Source: an uncultured Gammaproteobacteria bacterium
GTDB taxonomy: Bacteria > Patescibacteriota > Patescibacteriia > UBA10025 > JAHIVO01
Direction: 5' to 3'
DNA: 64,000 nucleotides
NCBI GenBank assembly: GCA_964592105.1
Contig: CAZQBL010000004.1
Location: forward strand, 2,256-66,255
The translations under genes and the position numbers were made by a program. The first letter of the stretch is position 1, and each line of letters begins with the position of its first letter. The notes under the pieces are model-generated. The model did no database searches. It saw nothing but the letters and a program-made list of their open reading frames with translations, and was not told where the DNA came from. Positions 1-9,888 of the stretch are shown here, piece after piece.

Positions 1-1144
1 TTCTTTTTTGGATTTTTACTGAAATCTTTGACAATAGATCAGCAATTTTTATTCCGGCTTTGCCATCACCGTAAATATTTGATCTTGGATAAGGGCCATG
101 CTGTATTTGTTTTTTTATTGAAGCAATAATCTCGCTGGCTTTATAATCACAGTCTATTACATTCTCACCTTTTTGGCGACCTTGCTGCCTAGTTCCTATA
201 TTGACAGATGGAATCCCTAAAAAAGAGCATTCCCGAATACCACTACTGGAATTTCCGACAACGCATTTGGAATTATAGATTAACCTTATATAGTCTTCGG
301 GTGAAATATTTTTGAAGAAATGGATAAAACTTGAGTCTTGGTTTTCTCTAAAACGTCTTAACCCTTCTGAAATATTATCCGAACCAGCGTCGATATTCGG
401 CCAAAACCAAACAGTCGGTATCTTAAGTATGGAAATTGCTTTTAGGGTTTCGTTGATTTGGTTTAAGCCTTGTTCATATTCTGTTGTCACTGGATGCTGC
501 ATAACTACTAAATATGGTTTGTTAAAATTGAAGACGCCGCCTACGCCACCATACTTTTTAATAAAATCTTTTTTTATGTTAAGATCCAGTTCGTTTATTA
601 AATCCATGGAAGGGCAACCAGTTATAAATACTCTACTTGGATCCTCACCCATTCTTATAATTCTTTGCGCCGTTAATTGATTTGTTGTGAAGTGAATGTG
701 AGCTAATTTGGTTATCGCATGTCTGACACTTTCATCTAATGATCCTGTAATCTCGCCACCTTGAGTATGAGCTAGTGGGATATTCATGTAAGATGCGCAG
801 ATAGCCGTTGCCATTGTTTCAAAACGATCCGCTATTGTTAAAATGAAATCTGGCCTTAGATTCTGAAAAATACTGGATAATTCAATTATGCCAAGTCCTA
901 CCGATTTTGCCATGGTTATGGGATTTTCACCTTCTACGATTAAATATGTTTTTGCGTCAATTTTGAATCCGTCTTTCTCAATAATTTTGGATACATCTCC
1001 AAACCTATCAAGTAATGCAGATGATCCAACGACCAATTGTAACTTAAGATTTGAATGGTTTTTGATAGCGCGTAAAGCACTTTTTATACGCGCATAATTG
1101 GCGCGGTTAATAATGACAACACATATTTTTCGTTTTTTTTTCAT
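1..1144 (-). CDS. neuC: UDP-N-acetylglucosamine 2-epimerase (hydrolysing), NeuC/LegG family; 3' end lies beyond the window start
   Basis: Minus-strand translation from ATG at 1142-1144 reads MKKKRKICVVIINRANYARIKS...ADRFETMATAICASYMNIPLAHTQGGEITGSL...RMGEDPSRVFITG. This aligns block-by-block with E. coli K1 NeuC (GDRYEIF..NIPLIHIHGGE..LGEKPGSVF). The ORF track shows no ORF because the gene runs off the edge. Confidence 0.65.
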   Translation of the reverse strand, partial: MKKKRKICVVIINRANYARIKSALRAIKNHSNLKLQLVVGSSALLDRFGDVSKIIEKDGFKIDAKTYLIVEGENPITMAKSVGLGIIELSSIFQNLRPDFILTIADRFETMATAICASYMNIPLAHTQGGEITGSLDESVRHAITKLAHIHFTTNQLTAQRIIRMGEDPSRVFITGCPSMDLINELDLNIKKDFIKKYGGVGGVFNFNKPYLVVMQHPVTTEYEQGLNQINETLKAISILKIPTVWFWPNIDAGSDNISEGLRRFRENQDSSFIHFFKNISPEDYIRLIYNSKCVVGNSSSGIRECSFLGIPSVNIGTRQQGRQKGENVIDCDYKASEIIASIKKQIQHGPYPRSNIYGDGKAGIKIADLLSKISVKIQKR

Positions 1145-1148
1145 GCTT

Positions 1149-2162
1149 TTATTCTAAAAATTTATATTGTAGGGGCGTATTGGGTTTTAAAGAAATTTTT
1201 AGTTTTTTGCCTATGACTTTTTCAAACTGACTAACTTCAATGCCTGAAGGTGATAGCGGCCTTTTGGCGGCCAAATCACTTTCTTTAATGATTGAATTTT
1301 TTTTAATTTTCCTTTTAACCACTAGGCCTTTACGGAAAATTGGTCTAAATTCCTTTTCTTTATTTTGTAATATTTTTTCTTCTTTACCCAGGCTTTTTTC
1401 AACCATTCTAATACCTTCAACTAATTTTTTCATTTCCGAAGGTAGAAGTGAGCACTTATGATCAGGACCGAATAGATTTCTATCAAGTGTGAAATGTTTT
1501 TCAATAATTTGCGCTCCTAAAGCTACGGCCGCAATGGCAGGATATATTTCTAACGAGTGATCAGAAAAGCCAATAGGAAAGTCATATCTTTTTTTCCAGA
1601 AAGAAATGGATTTTATGTTTAATTTGTCAGTAGAACAGGGATATATTGAGACACAATGCATTAAAGCAATTTGATCGGTATATTTTTTTAGAAATTTTAT
1701 TGCCGATTCAACTTCATCCAAATTACTCATTCCCGATGACATAATTACGGGTTTTTTTGTTTGGGCAACGAATTTTAGCATTAAATAATCAGTTATATCA
1801 GCTGAACCAATTTTGTAAATTGGAACGTCTAGACTTTCCAGCATTTGGGCCGCGGCCAGGCTCATGGGTGTCGAGAAAAAAATTATTTTTTTTGCGGCAC
1901 AGTAATTCTTTAATTCCTTGAAAAAATCTATTGGTAAGGTGTTTTCTTTCAACCATTTGTATCGTGGCTCGGAAAAATGAGGAGAATTAATATTACCCGG
2001 CAGCTGTTCATCGTCGACAATGTGAGTCTGAAATTTAACCGCATCACAGCCAGCTTCTACTGCTTTGTCAATTAGTAATTTAGCAAGATGCAGGTTATTT
2101 AAGTGATTTTTGCCGATTTCGGCTATAATAAATGTTCTTTTTTTAATTTGATCCCAAATCAT
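1149..2162 (-). CDS. neuB: N-acetylneuraminate (nonulosonic acid) synthase, NeuB/PseI/LegI family
   Basis: 337-aa ORF with a NeuB-type N-terminus (IIAEIGKNH...AGCDAVKFQTH) and a C-terminal SAF domain. It sits 4 nt downstream of neuC on the same strand. Confidence 0.75.
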   Translation of the reverse strand: MIWDQIKKRTFIIAEIGKNHLNNLHLAKLLIDKAVEAGCDAVKFQTHIVDDEQLPGNINSPHFSEPRYKWLKENTLPIDFFKELKNYCAAKKIIFFSTPMSLAAAQMLESLDVPIYKIGSADITDYLMLKFVAQTKKPVIMSSGMSNLDEVESAIKFLKKYTDQIALMHCVSIYPCSTDKLNIKSISFWKKRYDFPIGFSDHSLEIYPAIAAVALGAQIIEKHFTLDRNLFGPDHKCSLLPSEMKKLVEGIRMVEKSLGKEEKILQNKEKEFRPIFRKGLVVKRKIKKNSIIKESDLAAKRPLSPSGIEVSQFEKVIGKKLKISLKPNTPLQYKFLE

Positions 2163-2166
2163 AGTT

Positions 2167-2745
2167 TTATTTATTATTTGATTTAGACGCCACGACGTAA
2201 AAATTTGTTTTTAAAAAAACTGGAAGGATATCTATATTAAATAATGAAATTAATTTTAATCCAAAGGATCCGAAATATTTATAAACTTTATCTTTAAAAA
2301 ATTTGTTCATTATGGGGACGTCTATAAAGTTTGGAGTGAAACCATTTTCAATAAGTCTTTTTTTTAATTGTCGGTAAGTATGCAGTGAACTGTGATATTT
2401 TTTCCATTTTGTGAAACTTTTCTCTTTCCAGATTTCAAAAGGTATATTGGTTATTTTATTCGGTGTTCCAAATAAATAGTAACCATTTTTTTAAAACTCT
2501 GTTTATTTCATTTAGGCGACGATTTGTGTCGGGGATATGTTCAAAAACATCGAAGCTAAGTACTGCGTCAAATTTACCATCATTGAATTTAAGGTCCTGA
2601 CCGGAAGTGTTATGAAGTTTTATGCCAAAATGCTGACGTGAATAATTTATGTACTCCTGGTTTGTTTCAGTTCCGGTAATATCAAAACCTTTTGAGGACA
2701 GGTAATTTACCATTACCCCTGTCCCTGACCCGATCTCCGTATTTT
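2167..2745 (-). pseudogene. Disrupted class I SAM-dependent methyltransferase (N-terminally truncated and frameshifted near the 3' end)
   Basis: Motif I (TEIGSGTG) lies upstream of the only start codon (M at 2713), 5 codons after an in-frame TAA. Motifs post-I (DITGTE) and II (FDAVLSFDVFEHI) are in ORF 2456..2713. The C-terminal third (IWKEKSF...FYVVASKSNNK*) continues in a different frame after about 2455. Confidence 0.45.
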
Positions 2746-2806
2746 TTGATTAGTATTCAAAATTCCAGATTTTTTTAAGAAAAGGATATTACTTTCAAAA
2801 TTACTT

Positions 2807-3943
2807 CTATTGATTTTCATCTTTAATTTTCTTTACGACTAAGTATTTTTTCAGGTAATCTTTAGCGGTATTCGACCAATCATAATAAATAGCTAATTGT
2901 CTTGATTGTTGACCCATTGAATTTATTAGCTGGTGGTTGTCGTAAAATTTTTCAAAGGCTTGTTTTAATGCTGTTATGTCGTTTTTAGGAATTATAAGAC
3001 CGTTGTTTTTTATTAACTGCTTATTTCCGCCTGTGTCCGTTGTTATAATTGGAAGTCCACTGGCCATAGCTTCGAGAATCGTATTGCTCATACCTTCATT
3101 TAAAGAGGGCAAAATAAATATATCGTGGTTGCGATAAATATTTGGCATTTCCTCGGGGTTTTTTCTACCAAGGAATATAATTTGAAAGTTCAGTTTGTAT
3201 TTATTTTGCAAACTTTGGTTTAGCGGGCCGTCTCCTATGATTGTAAGAGTGCACCATTTATTTTTTTGCGAGTATTGGTCGAAAGCCTCCAATAAAACAT
3301 CAATTCCTTTGATTTTATTTAAACGACCTGCATATAAGAATTTGGTGGTTTTTTCAAAAGATTTTTTATTGTTTGGAAAGAATTTTTTACTGTCTATTCC
3401 GTTTGGTATGACGCTAATATAATCTTGATGATAAAATGCTAAAGCAGTTCTCCTCAGGTCTTGACTGTTGGCAATCAAGAAGGTTGCATTTTTCCATACT
3501 TTTTTTATCAATGAACCTAATAAAAAATATATTATATTGAATTTAGGATTGTGTCCAGGGACATCTGAACCGCGGAGCGAAACAATATATGGAATTTTTA
3601 ATTTATAAGCGATATAGCCGCAGGGTATTCCAAAAAAAGCGTGAATTAAATTATATTTTTTTTGAGAAATTAGTTTTTTTGAATATTTATATGCCTTCCA
3701 TGAATAAACTAGCAAGTCTTTAAAACTTTGACGGAGTAGCTGATTATTTTTACCAATATTGAGTTTATAAATAGTGATGTTTTTAGAGAAATTTTCTTTT
3801 TTAAAGGATCCTGTTGAAGAGGTAACTAGATCAATTACGATATCTTTATTTTTGGCAAACTCTTTTAACAGATAAAAAGTAGCATTCCCGGCTCCACCAC
3901 CTAAGGGGGGAAACTCATAGTTTAGCATTAGTATTCTTATCAT
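2807..3943 (-). CDS. Glycosyltransferase family 4 (GT-B fold)
   Basis: 378 aa with a GT4-like N-terminus (MLNYEFPPLGGGAGNATFYL) and a C-terminal EGMSNTILEAMASGLPIITTDTGG nucleotide-sugar-binding motif. Confidence 0.7.
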   Translation of the reverse strand: MIRILMLNYEFPPLGGGAGNATFYLLKEFAKNKDIVIDLVTSSTGSFKKENFSKNITIYKLNIGKNNQLLRQSFKDLLVYSWKAYKYSKKLISQKKYNLIHAFFGIPCGYIAYKLKIPYIVSLRGSDVPGHNPKFNIIYFLLGSLIKKVWKNATFLIANSQDLRRTALAFYHQDYISVIPNGIDSKKFFPNNKKSFEKTTKFLYAGRLNKIKGIDVLLEAFDQYSQKNKWCTLTIIGDGPLNQSLQNKYKLNFQIIFLGRKNPEEMPNIYRNHDIFILPSLNEGMSNTILEAMASGLPIITTDTGGNKQLIKNNGLIIPKNDITALKQAFEKFYDNHQLINSMGQQSRQLAIYYDWSNTAKDYLKKYLVVKKIKDENQ

Positions 3944-4880
3944 TTCTTGAAATTATTTTTTCTATGTAATATACGTTCTTTTTGCCTTCTTGATAATACG
4001 ACTTGACGGCAATATCAGCCAGCAAGCCGGAAACAAATAGCTGTAAACCTGTTAATAACATGAAAATTGAAACCAATGGCCAAATTTTGTTTTGCAGGGA
4101 AAAGGCGCCGATTAAACGGCCAACAAACAAATAGAGACCAAGCAGCGTACCAAAGCCGCCAATAATAATGCCCAAGCTCCCGAATAAGTGCAAGGGCCGG
4201 CTAGAGTATTTTCTCCAAAACCAGACACACAGCATGTCAATAAAACCTTTTAGAATTCTTTTCCAGTTATACTTTGTTTTTCCGGTGGTACGTGGTCGGT
4301 GCTCAACTTGAACTTCTGATATTTTAAAACCGTGCCAGCGGAGAATAGCGGGAATAAAGCGGTGCATTTCTCCCTGAAGATCTAGACCACAAAAGCATTC
4401 TTTTTTATAAGCCTTAAGAGTGCACCCAGAATCGTGTATTTGATCATTGATAATAAATTTTCTTAAAAAATTCGCTCCACGGGAAATTAGTTTTTTTGCC
4501 AGAGAGTCTTTTCTTTTGTACCGCCAACCGGAAACAACGTCATAGCCATCTTTCATTTTATTAAGGAGTTTCGGAATTTCCGAAGGTGGATTTTGTCCGT
4601 CCGCATCAAGCAAAATGATAATTTCACCACACGAGTTTTTTATACCGGCATCTATAGCTGCAGTCTGCCCGAAGTTTTTTCTGAATTTGATTACTTTTAT
4701 AGGATTCAGATTCGATAAGCGATCGTAGGTTTTATCTGATGAGCCGTCGTCAACAAATATAATTTCGTACGATTCATGAAGCTGTTCCATAACTTCCTTT
4801 ATTTCTCGGTGCAGCGGACCAACGGCGTTTTCCTCGTTATAGGCGGGAACAACCACTGAATATTTAACTTTTGATTCCAT
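3915..4880 (-). CDS. GT2 polyprenyl-phosphate glycosyltransferase (GtrB/ArnC/DPM1-like)
   Basis: The N-terminus reads YSVVVPAYNEE...IIFVDDGSSD...LDADGQ (GT2 DXD region). The C-terminus has two predicted TM helices, typical of GtrB/ArnC. Confidence 0.7.
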   Translation of the reverse strand: MESKVKYSVVVPAYNEENAVGPLHREIKEVMEQLHESYEIIFVDDGSSDKTYDRLSNLNPIKVIKFRKNFGQTAAIDAGIKNSCGEIIILLDADGQNPPSEIPKLLNKMKDGYDVVSGWRYKRKDSLAKKLISRGANFLRKFIINDQIHDSGCTLKAYKKECFCGLDLQGEMHRFIPAILRWHGFKISEVQVEHRPRTTGKTKYNWKRILKGFIDMLCVWFWRKYSSRPLHLFGSLGIIIGGFGTLLGLYLFVGRLIGAFSLQNKIWPLVSIFMLLTGLQLFVSGLLADIAVKSYYQEGKKNVYYIEKIISRNDKNTNAKL

Positions 4881-5826
4881 AATATTTTTTATACCAGTTG
4901 ATAAATTGTTTTATACCCTGGTGTATGTCGGTGGTAGGCTGAAAATCAAGAAGTTTTTTGGCTTTGGTAATATCGGCAAAGGTTTTGTGAACGTCACCTG
5001 GTTGCATGGGAAGCATGTTTTTCTTTGCCTTTTTGCCTAGATGCTTTTCGATTATATTTATAAAATCAATCAGGCTTTCTGTTTTTGAATTTCCCAGATT
5101 AATTATTTCGTAGGGATATGCTCGATCAAGGGAAGCCAATATGCCCTGAACAATATCATCTATATAGGTAAAGTCGCGGTAATGATCACCATGGTTATAG
5201 ACATCAATCGGTTTGCCGTCCAAAATATTTTTGGTAAATTTAAAAAGCGCCATATCCGGACGACCCCAAGGTCCGTAAACCGTAAAAAACCGCAAACCAG
5301 TACAAGGCAACCCATATAAATGATGATATGTATGGGCCATTAGCTCGTTGGTTTTTTTAGTGGTTGCGTACATGGAAATGGGATGGTCAACTGGGTCATT
5401 TTCTGAAAAAGGTACTTTTTTAGTGCCGCCATAGACAGAAGAGCTTGAGGCAAAAACAAAATTTTTTATTTTAAAATCTTTGGCTAACTCCAGGAGGTTT
5501 AAAGCACCCTCGATATTGGTTTTTTGGTATATAAAAGGATTTTCAATCGAAGCCCTGACTCCGGCTCTGGCGGCCAGATGGCAGATCGCGTCGATTTTTC
5601 GCTGCTGGAAAATTTTTTTGAGTGCCATAAAGTCGGCGATATCAACTCGATATAGTGGAAATTTGCGCCCTTTTAAAAAGACCTTGATTCTATCCTCCTT
5701 TAGTTGGGGATTATAGTAGTCATTAAAATCATCAATACAAATTACATTATCGCCACGGTCAAGTAGTGCCTTGATAGTATGAGAGCCAATAAAACCAGCT
5801 CCACCCGTCACTAAAATCGTTTTCAT
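4864..5826 (-). CDS. NAD-dependent sugar-nucleotide epimerase, UDP-glucuronate 4-epimerase-like
   Basis: Rossmann motif MKTILVTGGAGFIGSH, active-site YxxxK (YATTKK) and a VYGPWGRPDMA motif characteristic of UDP-GlcA/GalA epimerases. Start chosen at the internal MKT rather than the ORF-track start. Confidence 0.65.
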   Translation of the reverse strand: MKTILVTGGAGFIGSHTIKALLDRGDNVICIDDFNDYYNPQLKEDRIKVFLKGRKFPLYRVDIADFMALKKIFQQRKIDAICHLAARAGVRASIENPFIYQKTNIEGALNLLELAKDFKIKNFVFASSSSVYGGTKKVPFSENDPVDHPISMYATTKKTNELMAHTYHHLYGLPCTGLRFFTVYGPWGRPDMALFKFTKNILDGKPIDVYNHGDHYRDFTYIDDIVQGILASLDRAYPYEIINLGNSKTESLIDFINIIEKHLGKKAKKNMLPMQPGDVHKTFADITKAKKLLDFQPTTDIHQGIKQFINWYKKYYGIKS

Positions 5827-5943
5827 AAAAAAAATTGTTTTGGTACGAACATTATTATAACAGATATTGACCATTTTGAAAACATTAAACTACGGTGGTA
5901 TAATAATAGTCAGGTAATTCATTGGACTTGAATTAGCAAGAAA

Positions 5944-7611
5944 ATGGAATTAATCAAAAAATACAAATATCTCGCTTTTTTGACGTTGACAGGCTTTGTA
6001 TTTTTTGTGGTCTATTCGTGGTTTAACATCAAGGGTGCTGAAAAATTTACATCTCCGGATGAAACTGCCAATTATTTTTTTACTGAACTATTCGCTCAAA
6101 AGACCGATCTTAGAATTTTTGAGCCGCTCAACCCTATTATTGGTAATATCATTCAGCCCAGAAACACAGAAATTTCAGGTGATTATATTGTGCCGGCCAG
6201 TTTCACTGGCCTTATGCTTTTTTACGGGACAATCGCAAAAATTGCCAGCGTGGATGTTGTGCCGTATCTTACGCCGTTTTTTTCAGTGATAGCAGTGATC
6301 TTTTTTTATCTATTTGTTAAGGAGTTTTTTTCTCAGAAGGTTTCATTTACGGCTTCACTACTAATGTTTTTTTTGCCGCCGTTTTGGTATTACACTTCGC
6401 GCGGATTATTTCATAATGTACTTTTTATTGATTTATTAATAATCGGACTTTATTTTCTTTTAAAAGCATTAAGCCGCGATTGGCCGTTAAAACAGAATTG
6501 GTGGTTTTATTTTGTCTCGGGAATTTTTGCTAGTTTGGCAATTGCTGTCAGAACTTCCGAAATAACCTGGGTGAGCGTGGTCGTGGCCGTCATTTTTTTT
6601 GCCTATCGTTCGTGTCTTAACTTGAAAAAAATAATTTTAATTTTGATTCCCGTCTTACTTGTTTTTATTCCGATTTTGTATTATAACCATCAGCTGTTTG
6701 GATCTTATTTGACTTTTGGCTATTCAAGGTCCGAATTCAATTCGTCAGCAGATTCATTGATGACCAGCCATCCATTGAGCCAAATACCACGATTATTTTT
6801 TCCTTTTGGCCTTGATGTTAGCAGAAGTAGTCACTATGTTTATCAGTACATATTTGGTGTTTTCCCTTGGTTTTTTATCTTACTGTTGGTCGCCATTACT
6901 GGTATTGTCAAAAATAGTATACTTCGTTTTTTTAATAAATATTTACCAATTAGCGGACTTGAACTAAAAAAGTTAACTACCCCGCAAGCGATTTATGTGG
7001 GATTATATGTCTTTGTTTCATTGTGGTTGATTATTTACTATGGTGCTTACCGATTTAGCGAATTTTATAATTCGAGACAAGCAGTTATGGGCTCGTCGTA
7101 TTTACGTTATTGGCTTCCCATTTATATTTTCGGCTTGCCTTTGTGCGTTTTGGCTTTATTCAAACTTCGCCAATTAACCAAGAATGCTATCTTAACTAAA
7201 TTGATTGTCCCTCTTGTTTTGGTTTTGATTATTTCGCAAAATGTTTGGTGGGTTTTATTTGAACCCAATTATGGTTTGCTTCAAATAAGGAAATACGTGG
7301 CCGATGGTCAGAGTTTGGCATCGGCCGTTTTTAAACAAACGCCATCAGACGGAATTATAATCTCTGGTTTGGCCGACAAATTATTTTTCCCAGAAAGGCG
7401 AGTGATAGTTAAGACACCGGATGACGAAATAGAATTCAAACGAAGTCTGCAGTTCGTTTTAAATCGATTCTCGGTTTTTTATTATTACGATCCAGCCGAC
7501 CAAAATAGTACTAAGCTAAAAAATAGTCTATCTAATGATGTTTTTAAATTAAAATTGATTGCCAAATTTTCTTTGAATAATTCAGTTTTGTATCAAGTTT
7601 TATTTAATTGA
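5944..7611 (+). CDS. GT-C fold polytopic membrane glycosyltransferase (PMT/ArnT, GT39/83-like)
   Basis: 555 aa with more than 10 predicted TM helices and an acidic DE-containing first loop (SPDETANY). It is adjacent to the GtrB-like GT2 that would supply a lipid-linked sugar donor. Confidence 0.5.
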   Translation: MELIKKYKYLAFLTLTGFVFFVVYSWFNIKGAEKFTSPDETANYFFTELFAQKTDLRIFEPLNPIIGNIIQPRNTEISGDYIVPASFTGLMLFYGTIAKIASVDVVPYLTPFFSVIAVIFFYLFVKEFFSQKVSFTASLLMFFLPPFWYYTSRGLFHNVLFIDLLIIGLYFLLKALSRDWPLKQNWWFYFVSGIFASLAIAVRTSEITWVSVVVAVIFFAYRSCLNLKKIILILIPVLLVFIPILYYNHQLFGSYLTFGYSRSEFNSSADSLMTSHPLSQIPRLFFPFGLDVSRSSHYVYQYIFGVFPWFFILLLVAITGIVKNSILRFFNKYLPISGLELKKLTTPQAIYVGLYVFVSLWLIIYYGAYRFSEFYNSRQAVMGSSYLRYWLPIYIFGLPLCVLALFKLRQLTKNAILTKLIVPLVLVLIISQNVWWVLFEPNYGLLQIRKYVADGQSLASAVFKQTPSDGIIISGLADKLFFPERRVIVKTPDDEIEFKRSLQFVLNRFSVFYYYDPADQNSTKLKNSLSNDVFKLKLIAKFSLNNSVLYQVLFN

Positions 7612-7656
7612 TTTTTAACCGATAGTGTTGTATATTATTAAGGTTAAAAAAAACAG

Positions 7657-9435
7657 ATGAGCGCTGAAAATAATGAAAAAATTGTCTTAAAAACGATTAA
7701 AGCGATAATTTGGTTATTGCCGGTTTTTTTGCTTTTATGGCTGGCTAATCAATATCTTTTGCCTTTGGGAAAAATGAAGGTTGTTTACGACGTAACTGAT
7801 CCTTCTCCACTGGTAAGAAATTTTGCCTCTAAGGAATTGGATAGACTTATCGGAACGAAAAATCAAAAAGGCAATACAGATTATTTTCAACTAATTTTAC
7901 AAAACCCACTTTATTTTGACGTAGTCGTACCACGGACATTTCAAAGTGCCAAAGTTACTTTGAAATACCAGAATCCTGATAATCAGCCAGTTATTCAGGC
8001 GGGTTTACAGCAAGCGAATAAGGTTTATTACAATCAAGATCTGGTTCTTTCTAATGACCTTTTAAATAGTCTAGCTATTTATTGGCAAAAAATCGAAGAG
8101 GGTAATATTATATTGTGGCAAAAAAATACGGATTTTTATCAAAAACACCAAGCGGCGGTCACTAATTTGGAACAAAAAAAGAAAGAACTTTCAAAATGGA
8201 AGGATCGCGAACTTCAAAAAATTAACGACGAGAGATGCGCCATGAACTTGTCGACCATCTTTAACAAATCCAAACAGGCTGAATTAGTTAATAAGGAAAA
8301 ATCCATCAATTTCGAATATGAAGAGAAGATAAACAATTTGTATAAAAATTTGCCGGATGCTGAAAGTATGAGCAATCCCAAGTTCTCTTCAATAGCTGAT
8401 TTTCTTGGCTCTTTAAATTCCTTGAATAAAAATTCTATTGTTTCTTACAACTACAATTTACTACCCTTTTTTAAAATCGCAAATTATTCACCGGCTAATA
8501 CGCCTACCAATATCAGCAAAACCTTACGCGGCAAGCATGAAATATATACTTATTTAGGTCCCCAAGAAATTTTAACTTTTCAAATAACGGTTCAGGATAT
8601 CAATGATAATGAAGGACCCGACCCAGTAATTGTGTCTTTGTATAATTCAGATAGTAAAAAAATTCAGGAAATAAGACTGGAGGACGATGGGCAAACTGAT
8701 GCGAGCGGCGTAGTTGAGCCGGAAAGAACACTTCAACTGAAAGCTGAGCCAAATCTCGAAGGTGTTTATAGTATTCTCATTGACGTCAGCGATGACATAT
8801 TTATTAAAAATATTACTACAAATTTGCGCTATTTATCCTTTAAAGGGCGAGTTTATTTAGCCGATAACTTGGTCTATCGAGATGTTTTGGCTGGCAAGGA
8901 CGTTAAGTCCACAGTTTTATATACCAACAGCACTTCAATCAGCGCCCAGACTACCCATCAAGCTAATCTTCAAACCATTAAAGTTAATAATCAAAATTTG
9001 ACTTTAAAAAAAATTAAAACGCCTGTTTCTCTTTCTGGTCTGAAAGATATTTCTACCCTTAACATTCCTCTTAATGACGTGAATATTCAGGGCAATGACT
9101 TTTTTTCATTTGACGAAAGTCAATTATTTAACCCTAATAATCCAGACCTGGCCGTGGTCAGCAAAAAAAACGTTGATGATTTTGATTTTATTATCGCTAA
9201 TTACCCGCAAGCTAAGTCAGATGGCGACTGGTTAGTAGCCACTACGACATTTGACAGTAATCATATGTATTTTGACAGAGGCCAAGATCTAATCGCACAT
9301 TTCATTATTAATTTGCCCGGGCTACCCGAAAATCACCGTACTCTAAAAGTCAAGTCAATTACTGTTGAGTTTACGAGACCACCCACAGATCTCTCATTTA
9401 TTATTAATAAAATTAAGTCATATCTCAAAAAATAA
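7657..9435 (+). CDS. Membrane-anchored N/S/T-rich hypothetical protein
   Basis: Single N-terminal TM (IIWLLPVFLLLWLANQYLL) followed by about 550 aa of N-, S- and T-rich sequence with many N-x-S/T and S/T clusters. No recognisable catalytic motif. Confidence 0.4.
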   Translation: MSAENNEKIVLKTIKAIIWLLPVFLLLWLANQYLLPLGKMKVVYDVTDPSPLVRNFASKELDRLIGTKNQKGNTDYFQLILQNPLYFDVVVPRTFQSAKVTLKYQNPDNQPVIQAGLQQANKVYYNQDLVLSNDLLNSLAIYWQKIEEGNIILWQKNTDFYQKHQAAVTNLEQKKKELSKWKDRELQKINDERCAMNLSTIFNKSKQAELVNKEKSINFEYEEKINNLYKNLPDAESMSNPKFSSIADFLGSLNSLNKNSIVSYNYNLLPFFKIANYSPANTPTNISKTLRGKHEIYTYLGPQEILTFQITVQDINDNEGPDPVIVSLYNSDSKKIQEIRLEDDGQTDASGVVEPERTLQLKAEPNLEGVYSILIDVSDDIFIKNITTNLRYLSFKGRVYLADNLVYRDVLAGKDVKSTVLYTNSTSISAQTTHQANLQTIKVNNQNLTLKKIKTPVSLSGLKDISTLNIPLNDVNIQGNDFFSFDESQLFNPNNPDLAVVSKKNVDDFDFIIANYPQAKSDGDWLVATTTFDSNHMYFDRGQDLIAHFIINLPGLPENHRTLKVKSITVEFTRPPTDLSFIINKIKSYLKK

Positions 9436-9870
9436 ATGGATAAAGATACGGCTAATTCTATTCATAAACTCCCTGAAATTTTCAGGGTTATGCGCGAGAT
9501 TATTACGGAGATTTTTAAAGCCTCTTTTTTGAGTTACATGTTTTTTTATCTTCTGGAGAACTTGAAAGATGGTTTGGTTACGAATTATTTTAATTTGAAT
9601 ATTTTATTATGGACATCATTTATCACTGCCATTCTTTCTATTTTGTTTAGAAATGGTGAACAAACAGTGGTCAGAGTCAGTTTGAAAATCTGGGATGTTT
9701 TCCTTTTTGTCTTTTTTGGACTGTTGATTGGATCATTGGTTTACGTAAAACTTAGAGAGATTAGTAAGCTAGCTTTAGTAATTTCCCCGATTGCGGCTGT
9801 GGTAGTAATTCTCATTTCATTGACCTTGTTGACGGGTGAGGACAATATCCCAGATGAAAAAAATAATTAA
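9436..9870 (+). CDS. Small integral membrane protein (hypothetical)
   Basis: 144 aa with 3-4 predicted TM segments. Its start overlaps the stop of the upstream gene (TAAATGG). Confidence 0.35.
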   Translation: MDKDTANSIHKLPEIFRVMREIITEIFKASFLSYMFFYLLENLKDGLVTNYFNLNILLWTSFITAILSILFRNGEQTVVRVSLKIWDVFLFVFFGLLIGSLVYVKLREISKLALVISPIAAVVVILISLTLLTGEDNIPDEKNN

Positions 9871-9888
9871 TATTTAATAATTTAGCTT

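Noticed and set aside
312-1097. Plus-strand ORFs 312..680 and 888..1097
   Set aside because: They lie antisense within the minus-strand neuC reading frame, which has clear family-level similarity. They have odd composition and no motifs.
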